Source: Alphaproteobacteria bacterium
Lineage (GTDB): Bacteria > Pseudomonadota > Alphaproteobacteria > SHVV01
Length of the DNA: 64,000 bases
Direction of reading: 5' to 3'
Assembly (NCBI GenBank): GCA_965261735.1
Contig: OZ253470.1
Span: forward strand, 1,120,001-1,184,000
Shown here: piece by piece, positions 18,468 through 28,819 of the stretch
Position numbering within the stretch: position 1 is the first letter of the stretch
How the letters are laid out: each line of letters begins with the position of its first letter
Notes under the pieces: generated by a model
What the model was told of the DNA's origin: nothing
Seen by the model: only the letters and a program-made list of their open reading frames with translations
Database searches by the model: none
Program-made: the position numbers and the translations under genes

Positions 18468-19622
18468 CTACGGTGCGCCGAACATGCGCTCGAGGTAGTA
18501 GCCGAAGACGTTGTGGATGGGCTTTTCGACGTGCGAGAGGGGCCCGGGCTCGAACCCGCGCGAGGCCATCGCCCGCTGTAGCGACTGGACCATCTCGCGG
18601 TCCTCCTCGATGGTCTCGATCGAGATCCGGCGGTAGCGTTCGATGACCTCCTCGAAATTGGGCCGTCCGAAGAACTCCTCGGGAAACAGGACGTAGATCG
18701 ACATGCGGTGGGTGGTCAGCGAGGTCGGCCAATAGACGAGGAACTCGACGTTGTCGACGTAAGCGAAGATCTGCATGTTGGGGGCGAGGAAACCGGCGGC
18801 CGCGAAGTCGTCGGGCTTGTCCTCGAGCCACGGCATCTTGGCGTCGGCGCCGAACCACAGTCCGTCGCCCCGCGTCGGCATGTCGTAGAAGCAGGTGTAG
18901 CCGCCCCTGCGGTTGAGGTCGAAGCGGACCGCCGCGGCCTCGAGCCCGCCCTTACCGAGCGTTGTCGCGTGGAGCGTGTTCACGTGGTAGTTGTCCATCG
19001 CGTTCTCGACGAACAGCTTCCAGTTGCAGTCCATGTCGAAGGTGATGGTCGTTGCGCGTCGGCAGCGCCCCATCCGGAAAACCCCGAAGTCTCGCTCGAA
19101 ATCGGCGACGAACTCGGATAAAGGCTCGGGCGCGCGGCTAAAGGTGATGAAGATCCAGCCGGCCCACTCATCGAGGCGCACCGGCGTGAGCCGACAGTTC
19201 GCGGGATCGAACGTCGCAGCCTGGTCCATGAAGGCGGCGCCAATCAGCTTGCCTTCGAGGTCGTAGGTCCAGCCGTGATAGGGGCACGTGAACTGCTGCG
19301 CCTGGCCGCGCCCCTGGGCCACCTCGACACCGCGATGGCGGCAGGTATTGAGGAACGCGCTGAGCGTGCCGTTGGTACCGCGCGCCACGATCACCGGCTC
19401 CTCCATGACGTGAAACGCCATGTAATCGCCCGGATTCGCGACCTCCTCGATGCGGCCGACGCAGAGCCAGTCCTGCATGAAGATTCTCTCCTTCTCCATG
19501 CGCATGACGTCGGGCGAGCTATAGATGTATCCGGGAAGATGGTACGCCTCGGCGAGCGGCGCGCGCGCACGCTCAAGACCGGCGCCGGGCGCGGGTTGCG
19601 TGAATTGCTCGGTCAATGCCAT
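18468..19622 (-). CDS. Rieske oxygenase alpha subunit
   Basis: CRHRG...CPYHGW, NWKLFVENAMDNYHVNTLH, EED. Confidence 0.95.
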   Translation of the reverse strand: MALTEQFTQPAPGAGLERARAPLAEAYHLPGYIYSSPDVMRMEKERIFMQDWLCVGRIEEVANPGDYMAFHVMEEPVIVARGTNGTLSAFLNTCRHRGVEVAQGRGQAQQFTCPYHGWTYDLEGKLIGAAFMDQAATFDPANCRLTPVRLDEWAGWIFITFSRAPEPLSEFVADFERDFGVFRMGRCRRATTITFDMDCNWKLFVENAMDNYHVNTLHATTLGKGGLEAAAVRFDLNRRGGYTCFYDMPTRGDGLWFGADAKMPWLEDKPDDFAAAGFLAPNMQIFAYVDNVEFLVYWPTSLTTHRMSIYVLFPEEFFGRPNFEEVIERYRRISIETIEEDREMVQSLQRAMASRGFEPGPLSHVEKPIHNVFGYYLERMFGAP

Positions 19623-19665
19623 CGTGTGTCCTCCGCGCGCCGGGCGGGTACGGCTCAGCCGGCGC

Positions 19666-20814
19666 CTAGACAGCGCCGAACATGCGCGTCAGGTAGTAGT
19701 TCAGGAGGTTGTGGATGGGCTCCTCCACGGGCGACATCGGACCGGGCCGGAACAGGGTCGAGGTCATCGCCTTCTGCAACAGCGCCACCATCTCGCGGTC
19801 CTCGCCCAGCACCTCGGCCTCGGTCTCGCCATACAGCTCCATGCGCGCGTCGAACTCTGGGTGCGCGAAGGCCGCCTCCGGGAACAGCAGGTAGACGGTG
19901 AGCCGGACCCGGTCGACCCCGAGCGGCCAGTAGGTCATCATCTCGACATTGTCGGCATAGGCGAAGATCTGCATGTTGGGGGCGAGGAACCCGGCGCCGG
20001 AAAAGCTCTCCGGCCGGTCCGCGATCGCACGCATCTTCTCGCCGAACCATAGCTTGCCGCCGTCGAACTTGGGGGTGTGGTCATAGAACACACAGAAACC
20101 GCCGCGCCGGCGGAGATCGTAGATGAAGTCGGGCGTCGTGATGCCGCCGAGCGAGACTGGGTGAATGACGTTGACGTGGTAGTGGTCCATCGAGTTCTCG
20201 GCCATGAACTTCCAGTTGCAGTCGAGCTCCAGCTCGAACTTCTTGGCGAGGCGGACCTCCTGCTGCTGGAGAAACCCGAAGTCGCCCGCGAACGCCGAGA
20301 CGAAATCGGCCAGGGGCTCGGCCGCGGGATCGAAGGAAATGAAAACCCAGCCCTGCCAAACGTCGAGCCGCAGCGGGGTCAAGCCGCACGTTGCCGCATC
20401 GAACCCCTGCGCCGCGCCCATCAGCGGCGCGCCAACGAGGTTGCCGGCGAGGTCGTAGGTCCAGCCATGGTAGGGGCAGCTGAACTGCTCGGCGTTGCCT
20501 TGACCGGTCGCGACCTCGACACCGCGGTGGCGGCACACGTTGGCGAAGGCGCCGAGCCGGCCGGTGGCATCGCGGGCGATGACGATGGGCTCGTCCATGA
20601 TGCGCATGGCCATGTAGTCGCCGGGGTTCGCGAGCTCCTCGGCGCGGGCCACGCAGAGCCAGTCCTTCATGAAGATTTCGTCTTTCTCGCGCCGGTAGAT
20701 CTCGGGCGAGCTGTAAATGTAGCCGGGCACGTGGTGCGCGCGGTGGAGCGGCGCGCGCGCCGGCTCGAGGCCAGCACCGAGGTCGGCGGCCGCGATCGGC
20801 TCGGTCAGCGCCAT
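19666..20814 (-). CDS. Rieske oxygenase alpha subunit (tandem paralog)
   Basis: CRHRG...CPYHGW, NWKFMAENSMDHYHVNVIH, GED. Confidence 0.95.
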   Translation of the reverse strand: MALTEPIAAADLGAGLEPARAPLHRAHHVPGYIYSSPEIYRREKDEIFMKDWLCVARAEELANPGDYMAMRIMDEPIVIARDATGRLGAFANVCRHRGVEVATGQGNAEQFSCPYHGWTYDLAGNLVGAPLMGAAQGFDAATCGLTPLRLDVWQGWVFISFDPAAEPLADFVSAFAGDFGFLQQQEVRLAKKFELELDCNWKFMAENSMDHYHVNVIHPVSLGGITTPDFIYDLRRRGGFCVFYDHTPKFDGGKLWFGEKMRAIADRPESFSGAGFLAPNMQIFAYADNVEMMTYWPLGVDRVRLTVYLLFPEAAFAHPEFDARMELYGETEAEVLGEDREMVALLQKAMTSTLFRPGPMSPVEEPIHNLLNYYLTRMFGAV

Positions 20815-20842
20815 TGGCTTATCTCCTTTGTGCCTCGACGGC

Positions 20843-21532
20843 TCACGCGCGATCGGCCGGGGTGCCCTTGCCCTCCGGCTTGTCGTCGCGCAGCCCGTAC
20901 CACTTGTAATCCGGATCGAAATCCGGGAACGCGAGCGTGAAGGTGTTGTTGACGACCGAGTAGTCCATGTAGCCGAGCCTGGCGAGGGGCGTAAACTTTG
21001 ACAGGTCGACGATACCGTCGGTCAGGACTTCGTCGCGTATATGGACACCGATCACCTTGCCGATGACCATGAAATTTGGCCACAACGGGTCCTCGGCCTC
21101 GAGCTCCACGGTCTGCAGATACACGCACTCGAGGTGGATCGGCGACGCCTTGACGCGCGGCGGTTTGACCAATTGCGAGGGCTCGAGCTCGAGGCCGGCA
21201 AGCGCCGCCTCGTCGACCGAGCGAGCCACATGCTCCGAGGTCACGTTCATTTGATCGCGCACCTCCCACGTCACCATGTTGGCGACGAACTCGCCGGTAT
21301 CCTCCGCGTTCTTCTGGGTATCGGTCACGCCGCCTTCGACGTGCTGATTGCCGGCACCGAACATGACTTGGCGTGGGTTGCTGGCAACTCCGTTGAAAAA
21401 GCTGAAGGGAGCGAGATTGAGGCCGCCGTCGCGGTCCAGGGTCGTAATCCACCCGATCGGGCGCGGCACGATGCAGCTCAGGTACGGGTCGTGCGGCAGG
21501 CCGTGTTGGTTGCTCTTGGTCTCGTAGAACAT
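20843..21532 (-). CDS. Flavin reductase-like (FMN-binding split barrel) protein
   Basis: IVPRPIGWI, NLAPFSFFN, P.RV..SP..LEC, ARLGYMDY. GAGGAG RBS before ATG 21532. Confidence 0.9.
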   Translation of the reverse strand: MFYETKSNQHGLPHDPYLSCIVPRPIGWITTLDRDGGLNLAPFSFFNGVASNPRQVMFGAGNQHVEGGVTDTQKNAEDTGEFVANMVTWEVRDQMNVTSEHVARSVDEAALAGLELEPSQLVKPPRVKASPIHLECVYLQTVELEAEDPLWPNFMVIGKVIGVHIRDEVLTDGIVDLSKFTPLARLGYMDYSVVNNTFTLAFPDFDPDYKWYGLRDDKPEGKGTPADRA

Positions 21533-21641
21533 GGGCACTACTCCTCGGGGCCTCGCCCCGACGTTCCTCACGGGAGGCTAGGCTGAAATCGCGGGGCGGT
21601 CCAGCGCGCGGCGCCTCGGCGGTTGGCCTTGCAAACACCCG

Positions 21642-21670
21642 TTGATCCGAACCGGCGCATGAGCCACAAT
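21642..21670 (+). promoter_or_regulatory. Candidate sigma70 promoter
   Basis: TTGATC-17 bp-CACAAT upstream of the RBS and ATG 21704. Confidence 0.4.
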
Positions 21671-21703
21671 CGCGCCCACCCACACGCCCCGCGAGGATTG
21701 TCC

Positions 21704-22849
21704 ATGGCGTCGAACGTGTCTCCACTACGGACCAAGAGTCGGTTTCACCCCAACGCCGAGCTCTCCTACACGCTGCCCGGTCACTATTACTATGACCGCG
21801 AGATCTACGAGCGCGAGAAGGAGGAGATCTGGTTCAAGACGTGGCAGTTCGTCGGCCTCGAGCGCGACATCATGGAGCCCGGCGCCTTCCTGACCGAGGA
21901 CGTCATCGACCAGAAGATCTTCGTCGTGCGCGGCAAGGACAAACGGCTGCGCGCCTTCTACAACGCCTGCATGCACCGCGGGCACACCCTGCTCGAGGGC
22001 ACGGGCAATGTGCGCATGATCACCTGTCCATTCCACGCTTGGACCTATGACTTCGAGGGTAAGCTGAAGGCAGCGGGCAACTCGGAGAACGTGGCCGGGT
22101 TCGACGTCGAGGACTTCTGCCTATCGGAAGTCCAGGTCGAGGCCTTCGCGCACATGGTGTTCGTCAACCTCGATACCGACGCGCCCTCGCTCGCGAGCCT
22201 CGCCGGCGACCTCGAGCGCGACCTCGAGGAGACGGTGCCCAACTTTGCCGACATGAAGCTCGGCCGGCGCGATTTGCGCGATCTCGACTGCAACTGGAAA
22301 TTCATTCCCGACCAGAACGAGTGCTACCACTGCCCGCATCTCCACGTCGGTGTCGGCTTCGGTAGCCTGCGCGACACGGTCTGGCTGACGACCGAATACG
22401 ACATGTGGGCGAAGAACGTCATCCACGCGAACCCGAAGGAGATCGAGGGCAACATCGTCCCCAGCGTGCGGCCGGAGGACAAATATCAGGAGACCAAGTT
22501 CATCTGGTTCATGTGGCCCAACCTGGTCCTCGTGTCCGATCGCGGCGCACCGAATATCAAGCTCATGCGGGTCGTGCCAAAAGGGCCGGAAAAGAGCCTG
22601 CTTTATATGGACAATCTGTGCCTCAACGTGCCGCCGACGGAGGACGACCTGTCAGGCATGAACTTCTACCGCGACGTGGTGCTGCCGCAGGACACCTCGG
22701 CGATGGAAAAGCAGCAGCTCGGCGTGCACGCCCGCGGTTACACGCAGGGTAGGCTCATGGTCGACAAGGAGCGCACGATCAAGAGCGAGCATGGCACGCA
22801 CCAGTTCGATAAGCTGGTCTGGGAGGCGCTCAACGGGCCCAACTACTAA
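21704..22849 (+). CDS. Rieske oxygenase alpha subunit, CntA/YeaW (carnitine monooxygenase)-like
   Basis: CMHRGH...CPFHAW, ECYHCPHLH, RGYTQGRLMVD...SEHG. Confidence 0.93.
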   Translation: MASNVSPLRTKSRFHPNAELSYTLPGHYYYDREIYEREKEEIWFKTWQFVGLERDIMEPGAFLTEDVIDQKIFVVRGKDKRLRAFYNACMHRGHTLLEGTGNVRMITCPFHAWTYDFEGKLKAAGNSENVAGFDVEDFCLSEVQVEAFAHMVFVNLDTDAPSLASLAGDLERDLEETVPNFADMKLGRRDLRDLDCNWKFIPDQNECYHCPHLHVGVGFGSLRDTVWLTTEYDMWAKNVIHANPKEIEGNIVPSVRPEDKYQETKFIWFMWPNLVLVSDRGAPNIKLMRVVPKGPEKSLLYMDNLCLNVPPTEDDLSGMNFYRDVVLPQDTSAMEKQQLGVHARGYTQGRLMVDKERTIKSEHGTHQFDKLVWEALNGPNY

Positions 22850-22935
22850 AGCATCGCGCCACGATCGGCGGACGTAAGGGACCGGGCTCGCCGCCAACAG
22901 CTAGCACATATTTGCAAGCGCAAAGGGAGGTTTCC

Positions 22936-24114
22936 ATGAAAGCGCAGTTTCGTTGGATAGCATCGGTATGTTTCGCGTTCGGCCTCGCGGCCGTGGGGTC
23001 GCTAGCCGCGTCCTCGGCGGCCACCGCCTTGGAGGCCAAGGGCGAGGTGCTCCGTATTCCGTTCATGCAGACGTTCAGTGGCGCGTACGCCACCTACGGC
23101 GATCTGATGTGGAGCGGCGCCCTGCTCGGCCAGGACATGATCAACAACGAGCTCGGCGGCATCAAGGGACGGCCGATCGAGATCTACCAGGCGGATGCTC
23201 CACTCGACGATGTCGCGTCCGCGGTCACCATGTATCGCAAGCTCGCGCGCAATCCCAACATCCCGATCATATTGGGCGTTAGCGCGACCTCGATCCTCGC
23301 CGCCGTCCACGACATGGCCGAGGAGTTCAAGGTCGTGCATTGGGCCTACGACTCGGGCGGCGTCTGGCGCCTGCCGGGGTTCAACAAGTGGGTGTTCCGG
23401 GATATCCCGATGACGCACACGGCGGTCCCCGTACTGATGCCCAAGATGCAGAAGAAGTTCAACATCAAGACGGCGGCGCTGTTCTACAACAACGACGACG
23501 AGGCATCCGTCGCCAACGCCCAGATCTACCGCGACGTCGCCAAGAAGCTGGGGATCGAGCTCATCGAGGGCAGCAACAAGATGGGCGAGCCCGACTGGAC
23601 GGCGCAGCTGACCAAGGCCAAGGGCGGCGGGGTCGACGCGTTCTTCCTCTCGCAGCAGGCCTTCGACGCCGGTCAGTCCGTTGCCACGGCGCGCGACATG
23701 GGTATGGATCTGCCGGCGCTCGCCGATCTCGCGGCGGGTGGCCCCGACTTTTTCAAGATGTCCAAAGGCCGGGTCGGCACCACGATCACCTGGTCCTTCT
23801 TCTCCAAGGATGACCCGCGCCCCTACGTCCAGAACATGTACAAGGCGTTCTGGAACAAGTTCAACCGCGAGCCCGACCCGTGGGAGCTCCTGGTGACGGA
23901 TGCGTCCATCATCATGATGAAGATCATGAACCGTGCGGACGACCTGTCGCGCGAATCGATCCGCAAGGCCTTCGCCGAAACTACCCAGATCGAGTCCATC
24001 CTCGGCACGATCGGCTGGAACGGATCGGGTGACGCCATCAACAACAACGTGATCATCGTCCGCTGGTCTGACGAGGGGACGATGGAGTTGGTGCCCGAGA
24101 GCTTCTGGAACTAA
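22936..24114 (+). CDS. ABC transporter substrate-binding protein (branched-chain amino-acid type)
   Basis: Signal peptide, SGAYA..G, IN..GGIKGRPIE, W.FR. Confidence 0.88.
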   Translation: MKAQFRWIASVCFAFGLAAVGSLAASSAATALEAKGEVLRIPFMQTFSGAYATYGDLMWSGALLGQDMINNELGGIKGRPIEIYQADAPLDDVASAVTMYRKLARNPNIPIILGVSATSILAAVHDMAEEFKVVHWAYDSGGVWRLPGFNKWVFRDIPMTHTAVPVLMPKMQKKFNIKTAALFYNNDDEASVANAQIYRDVAKKLGIELIEGSNKMGEPDWTAQLTKAKGGGVDAFFLSQQAFDAGQSVATARDMGMDLPALADLAAGGPDFFKMSKGRVGTTITWSFFSKDDPRPYVQNMYKAFWNKFNREPDPWELLVTDASIIMMKIMNRADDLSRESIRKAFAETTQIESILGTIGWNGSGDAINNNVIIVRWSDEGTMELVPESFWN

Positions 24115-24122
24115 GCGCTCGC

Positions 24123-24196
24123 AAGGACGACCGGCCGACTGGCCGTCCTTAGTGGTCGAGGAAGGGCCCTGTCCCAGGAATGGGGCGGGGCCCTTT
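24123..24196 (+). terminator. Two stem-loops downstream of the SBP gene
   Basis: aaggacgaccgg/ctggccgtcctt and aagggccctgtccc/ggggcggggccctt. Confidence 0.6.
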
Positions 24197-24241
24197 CACT
24201 AGGGCTGGGCGAAGGCGCCCGCACCAACGGGGTCGCAGCCG

Positions 24242-26557
24242 ATGAAATATGGGGTTAGCCAGCCGGTCACGCGCAAGGAAGACCAACGCCTGCTTACCGG
24301 CCAGGGCCGCTACACCGACGACCACGATCTCGAAGACCAGGCGATCGCTTACGTCCTGCGCTCGCCGCACGCCCACGCGGTAATCCGCGGCATCGACGCG
24401 CGCGCGGCGGGCACCGCACCCGGCGTGGTGTGCGTCCTCACCGGGGCCGACCTCGAAGCCGATGGCCTCGGCCTCCCGCCTTGCCTCCACCCTCCCGCGA
24501 ACCGCGACGGCAGCCACTGCACGGTACCGCCGCACGCGCTCCTGAAACGGGATCGAGTGCGTCACGTCGGTGATCCCGTAGCGCTCGTCGTCGCCGAGAC
24601 GCTCGATCAGGCGCGCGACGCCGCCGAGTTGATCGAGATCGACTACGAGCCGTTGCCCGTGGTCACCGACACCGCGAGAGCCATCGAGCCGGGTGCGCCG
24701 CAGCTCTGGGACTTCGCGCCCCGCAATATCAACATCGACTGGGAGGTCGGCGATGAGGCGGCCACCGATGCGGCCTTCGCCGCGGCCGCCCACGTCACCC
24801 GCCTCGACCTCGTCAACAACCGCGTCGTCGTCAACCCGATGGAGCCGCGCGCCGCGCTCGGAGCCTACGACGCGGAGGCCGGTTCTTACCTCCTCTACGT
24901 TCCGAGCCAGACCTCGCACATGGTGCGCGACATCCTCGCGCGCGACATTTTCGGCATCGCCCCCGACAAGGTGCGGGTCATCACCCCGGACGTGGGCGGC
25001 GGCTTCGGCATGAAGGTCTTCTTCGCCGAGTACGCGCTCGTGCTGTGGGCGGCCCGCAAGATCGGCCGGCCCGTCAAATGGACCTGCGAGCGCAGCCACG
25101 GCTTCCTGAGCGACAGCCAGGGGCGCGACCACGTCACCCACGCCGAGCTCGCCCTCGACTCGGACGGCAAGTTCCTAGCCGTACGGGCCGAGACGATCGC
25201 CAATATGGGCGGCTACCTGGCGACGTTCGGGCCCAACGTGCCGGCGAAGAAGGTGCAGCCGGCGGTCTACGACATTCGCGCCGCGTACGTGTCCGTCAAG
25301 ACCGTGTACACCAACACGGTGCCGGTCGACGCCTACCGCGGTGCCGGGCGGCCCGAGGCGACCTACGTCATCGAGCGCCTGATCGACGTGGCGGCGGGCG
25401 AGCTCGGCATCGCCCCGGGCGAGCTGAGGCGGCGCAACTACATTCCGCCCGAGGCCATGCCCTACACGACCGTCTTCGACATGACCTACGATAGCGGCGA
25501 GTTCGCGCGCAACATGGACGACGCCGTGGCCCTGGCCGACTGGCAGGGCTTCGCCGCCCGCCGCGACGAAACGCGCGCGGCAGGTAAGTTGCGCGGCATC
25601 GGTATGGCCTATTACGTCGACACCACGGGCGGCCCGGTCATCGACGCCGAGTATGCCGGGATCCGATTCGAGAGCGACGGCACCATGACCGTACTGTCGG
25701 GGTGCCAGGCCAGTGGGCAGGGCCACGAGACCGCGTATGCCCAGCTCGTGGTGGAGCGGCTCGGCGCGCCTTTCGACAAGGTCAACGTCCATCAGGGCGA
25801 CACCCTGGAGATCCCCAAGGGCTACGGCACGGGCGGGTCGCGCTCGCTGATGGACGGCGGCGGCGCGGTGCTGGCGGCGGCCGACGAGGTGATCGAGAAC
25901 GGCAAGCGGCTCGCGGCCAAGGATCTCGAGGTGGCGGCGGCCGACCTGGAGTTCGCCGATGGCCACTACCGGGTCGCCGGGACCGACCGGCGCATTGGCC
26001 TGTTCGACGTGGCCGCCCTGTGCCGCGCCGAGGACGGTGTTGAACTCTCGGGCGAGGGCATCTTCCGCCCGCAGGCGACCTCGTTCCCCAACGGCTGCCA
26101 CGTGTGCGAGGTCGAGATCGATCCCGACACCGGCGCCGTGGCCCTGATGGGCTACACCGTCGTCGATGATTTCGGCCGCGTCGTCAACCCGCTGCTCGTC
26201 GCCGGCCAAGTGCATGGCGGCGTCGTCCAGGGGGTGGGACAGGCGCTCGTCGAGCACACGGTGTATGACGACGACACCGGGCAGCTCCTGACCGGTACGT
26301 TCATGGATTACGGCATGCCGCGGGCCAGCGATCTCCCGCACTTCACCACTCAGTGGAACGAGATCCCGTGTCTCACCAACCCGCTCGGGGTCAAGGGCGC
26401 CGCCGAGGCGGGGACGGTCGGCGCGCTCCCGGCGGTCATCAATGCCATCGTCGACGCGCTCGCCGAGTTCGGCGTCACGCACGTCGACATGCCGGCCACG
26501 CCCGAGCACGTGTGGCAAACGCTGCGGTCGGCGGAACGCGCGCGGCCGGGGCGTTGA
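24242..26557 (+). CDS. Xanthine dehydrogenase family molybdopterin-binding subunit (form II CoxL-like)
   Basis: RKEDQRLLTGQGRY, VGGGFGMK, AYRGAGRPEA, GQGHET, GVKGAAE. Confidence 0.93.
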   Translation: MKYGVSQPVTRKEDQRLLTGQGRYTDDHDLEDQAIAYVLRSPHAHAVIRGIDARAAGTAPGVVCVLTGADLEADGLGLPPCLHPPANRDGSHCTVPPHALLKRDRVRHVGDPVALVVAETLDQARDAAELIEIDYEPLPVVTDTARAIEPGAPQLWDFAPRNINIDWEVGDEAATDAAFAAAAHVTRLDLVNNRVVVNPMEPRAALGAYDAEAGSYLLYVPSQTSHMVRDILARDIFGIAPDKVRVITPDVGGGFGMKVFFAEYALVLWAARKIGRPVKWTCERSHGFLSDSQGRDHVTHAELALDSDGKFLAVRAETIANMGGYLATFGPNVPAKKVQPAVYDIRAAYVSVKTVYTNTVPVDAYRGAGRPEATYVIERLIDVAAGELGIAPGELRRRNYIPPEAMPYTTVFDMTYDSGEFARNMDDAVALADWQGFAARRDETRAAGKLRGIGMAYYVDTTGGPVIDAEYAGIRFESDGTMTVLSGCQASGQGHETAYAQLVVERLGAPFDKVNVHQGDTLEIPKGYGTGGSRSLMDGGGAVLAAADEVIENGKRLAAKDLEVAAADLEFADGHYRVAGTDRRIGLFDVAALCRAEDGVELSGEGIFRPQATSFPNGCHVCEVEIDPDTGAVALMGYTVVDDFGRVVNPLLVAGQVHGGVVQGVGQALVEHTVYDDDTGQLLTGTFMDYGMPRASDLPHFTTQWNEIPCLTNPLGVKGAAEAGTVGALPAVINAIVDALAEFGVTHVDMPATPEHVWQTLRSAERARPGR

Positions 26558-26637
26558 CGCTGGCGGGTGAAGCCGTCAACATGGCTCGCGCGATCCCGTT
26601 TCCCAAGCGAACGATTTGAAGCACGAGTGAGGCGGCA

Positions 26638-27789
26638 ATGGCATCGAATGTGGCGACCCTGAAGACCAAGAGCCGGTTTCACCCTAACGCCGAGCTCTCC
26701 TACACGCTGCCCGCGACCTACTACTACGATCCCGAGATCTTTGAGCGCGAGCGCGAGGAGATCTGGTTCAAGACCTGGCAGTTCGCGGGTTTCATCGACG
26801 ACCTACGCGACGTGGGGAACTTCATCACCGCCGACATTCTCGACCAGAAAATCTTCGTTGTTCGCGCCAAGGGCGGCGAATTACGGGCCTACTACAACGT
26901 GTGCATGCACCGCGGCCACATCCTGCTCGAGGGCAAGGGCAACGTGCGCATGATCACGTGCCCGTTCCACGCCTGGACCTACGACCTCGAGGGCAGCCTC
27001 AAGGCGGCCGGCAACTCGGAGAACGTGGCCGGCTTCGATCACGACGACTTCTGCTTGCCCGAGATCCAGGTCGAGGAGCTCGCGCATATGGTGTTCGTCA
27101 ACCTCGATGCGAACGCAACGTCGCTGCGCAGCCAGGCGCCCGGGCTCGAGGAAGACTTTCTCGAGGTCGTGCCCGACCTCCCCGATATGCGGCTCGCGCG
27201 CCACAACTCGCGCGATCTCGATTGCAACTGGAAATTCGTCCTCGACCAGAACGAGTGCTACCACTGTCCCAGCCTGCACCCCGGTACCGGCTTTGGCAGC
27301 CGCGAGAGTACGATTTGGGAGTCGACCGAGCGCGGCATCTGGATGCGCCACACCGTGCGCGCCGACCCGGCGGAAATCGAGCGCGATCAGGGCAAGCTGC
27401 CCAGTGTGCAGGAAGACGACAAGATCAAGCACATGAGCTTCATCTGGTTTTTGTGGCCCAACATGGTCTTCCTCTCACACCGTGGAGCGCCCAATTTCAA
27501 GCTCCAAATCGCCACCCCCCTGGAGGACGAGCGGTGCCGCTTCACGGTCGACAATCTGTGCAAGAGCATCCCGCCGACGGAACGCGACCTGTCGGGCATG
27601 GACTTCTATTGGGACATCGTGGTGCCGCAGGACACCGGCTCGATGGACAGGCAGCAGCAAGGCGTGCACTCACGCGGCTACAAGCAGGGGCGCCTCGTGG
27701 TCGACAAGGAGCGTACGATCAAGAGCGAGCACGGCACGCACTTCTTCGACAATCTCGTGTGGCTCGCCCTCAACGGACCCAACTACTAA
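26638..27789 (+). CDS. Rieske oxygenase alpha subunit, CntA-like (close paralog of 21704-22849)
   Basis: Same motifs; near-identical N- and C-termini to 21704. Confidence 0.93.
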   Translation: MASNVATLKTKSRFHPNAELSYTLPATYYYDPEIFEREREEIWFKTWQFAGFIDDLRDVGNFITADILDQKIFVVRAKGGELRAYYNVCMHRGHILLEGKGNVRMITCPFHAWTYDLEGSLKAAGNSENVAGFDHDDFCLPEIQVEELAHMVFVNLDANATSLRSQAPGLEEDFLEVVPDLPDMRLARHNSRDLDCNWKFVLDQNECYHCPSLHPGTGFGSRESTIWESTERGIWMRHTVRADPAEIERDQGKLPSVQEDDKIKHMSFIWFLWPNMVFLSHRGAPNFKLQIATPLEDERCRFTVDNLCKSIPPTERDLSGMDFYWDIVVPQDTGSMDRQQQGVHSRGYKQGRLVVDKERTIKSEHGTHFFDNLVWLALNGPNY

Positions 27790-27808
27790 CGCCCGACCCC
27801 GGGTTCGA

Positions 27809-28735
27809 TCAGCCGCCGAAGCGCGGCTCGAGCAAACCCGTCACGCCGGCATCGATGGCGAACAGGGCGCCGGCGTCGGGCTGGCGCGCCAGTTCCGCGT
27901 CGGTCATGCGGAAGCGGCTCGTGTTGACGTAGAGCACGTCGAGGTTGGGGCCGCCAAAGGTCACCGCCGTCGGCCGGCAGGTCGGCAGCTCGATCACGCG
28001 ATCGACGCCCCCCTCCGGGTTGTAGCGCACCACGTAGCCGGTGGTGCGCTCGGCCGACATGTCGAACTCGGCGTTCCACAGATAGCCCTGCGCATCGACC
28101 ATCGAGCCGTCGGGGATGCCTGGCCGCTCGGTAACGCTCGCGAACAGGCGCCGGTTGCTGATGGCGCCGGAGTCGGCGTCGAAATCGTAGGTGTAGAGCT
28201 CGCGGCGCATGCTGTCGCAGAAATACATGATGCTGTTGTCGGGGCTCCAGGTGATGCTGTTCGACAGGCAGAAGCCGCGGTCCATGATTCGCACCGAGCG
28301 GTCGGGATCGAAGCGGTAGAGGATGCCGGTAGGCTTATCCATGTCGACGTTGCCGCTGCCGACCCAGAAGCGCCCGCGCCGATCGCAGCGGCCGTCGTTG
28401 AGAAAATTGACGCCGGGCTCGGGCTCGGGATCGCACAGCGGCTCGAACGCGCCGCTCTCGGGCTCGAAAAAGGCGATGGACGTTCGGGTGGCGACGACGA
28501 ACCCGCCGCCCTCGCGCATCGCGAAGGCGCTGAACACCTCGGGCGTCGGCCATGTCGTGACCTCGCCACTGGCCGGGTCGAGCCGGTGCATACGGGGTGA
28601 CAGCAAGTCGATCCAGTAGAGCTTCTGTTCGCGCTCGCTCCAGGTCGGGATCTCTCCGATTCCGTCTTCGGTGTTGGCGACCACACGGTAGTCGGACATG
28701 CCTGTGCGCCCCGATGTTGAGGATATGTCGACCAA
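27809..28735 (-). CDS. SMP-30/gluconolactonase family protein (start possibly 28699)
   Basis: GE.P.W, NDGRCD..GRFW, SNSITWSPD, PDG..VD, FGGPNL. Confidence 0.92.
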   Translation of the reverse strand: MVDISSTSGRTGMSDYRVVANTEDGIGEIPTWSEREQKLYWIDLLSPRMHRLDPASGEVTTWPTPEVFSAFAMREGGGFVVATRTSIAFFEPESGAFEPLCDPEPEPGVNFLNDGRCDRRGRFWVGSGNVDMDKPTGILYRFDPDRSVRIMDRGFCLSNSITWSPDNSIMYFCDSMRRELYTYDFDADSGAISNRRLFASVTERPGIPDGSMVDAQGYLWNAEFDMSAERTTGYVVRYNPEGGVDRVIELPTCRPTAVTFGGPNLDVLYVNTSRFRMTDAELARQPDAGALFAIDAGVTGLLEPRFGG

Positions 28736-28743
28736 AGGAGAAC

Positions 28744-28773
28744 CCCCGAGCGGCCCGAAAGGGCTGCCCGGGG
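28744..28773. terminator. GC-rich hairpin between the SBP and SMP-30 genes
   Basis: ccccgagcggccc-gaaa-gggctgcccgggg. Confidence 0.55.
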
Positions 28774-28819
28774 CTTTGTCAGGTGGCTAAAGCGCTTCTT
28801 CCGCGCCTAAATATCAGCT

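Noticed and set aside
24242-26557. Bona fide (form I) CO dehydrogenase
   Set aside because: The active-site loop is AYRGAGR rather than AYxCSFR, and there are no cox accessory genes.
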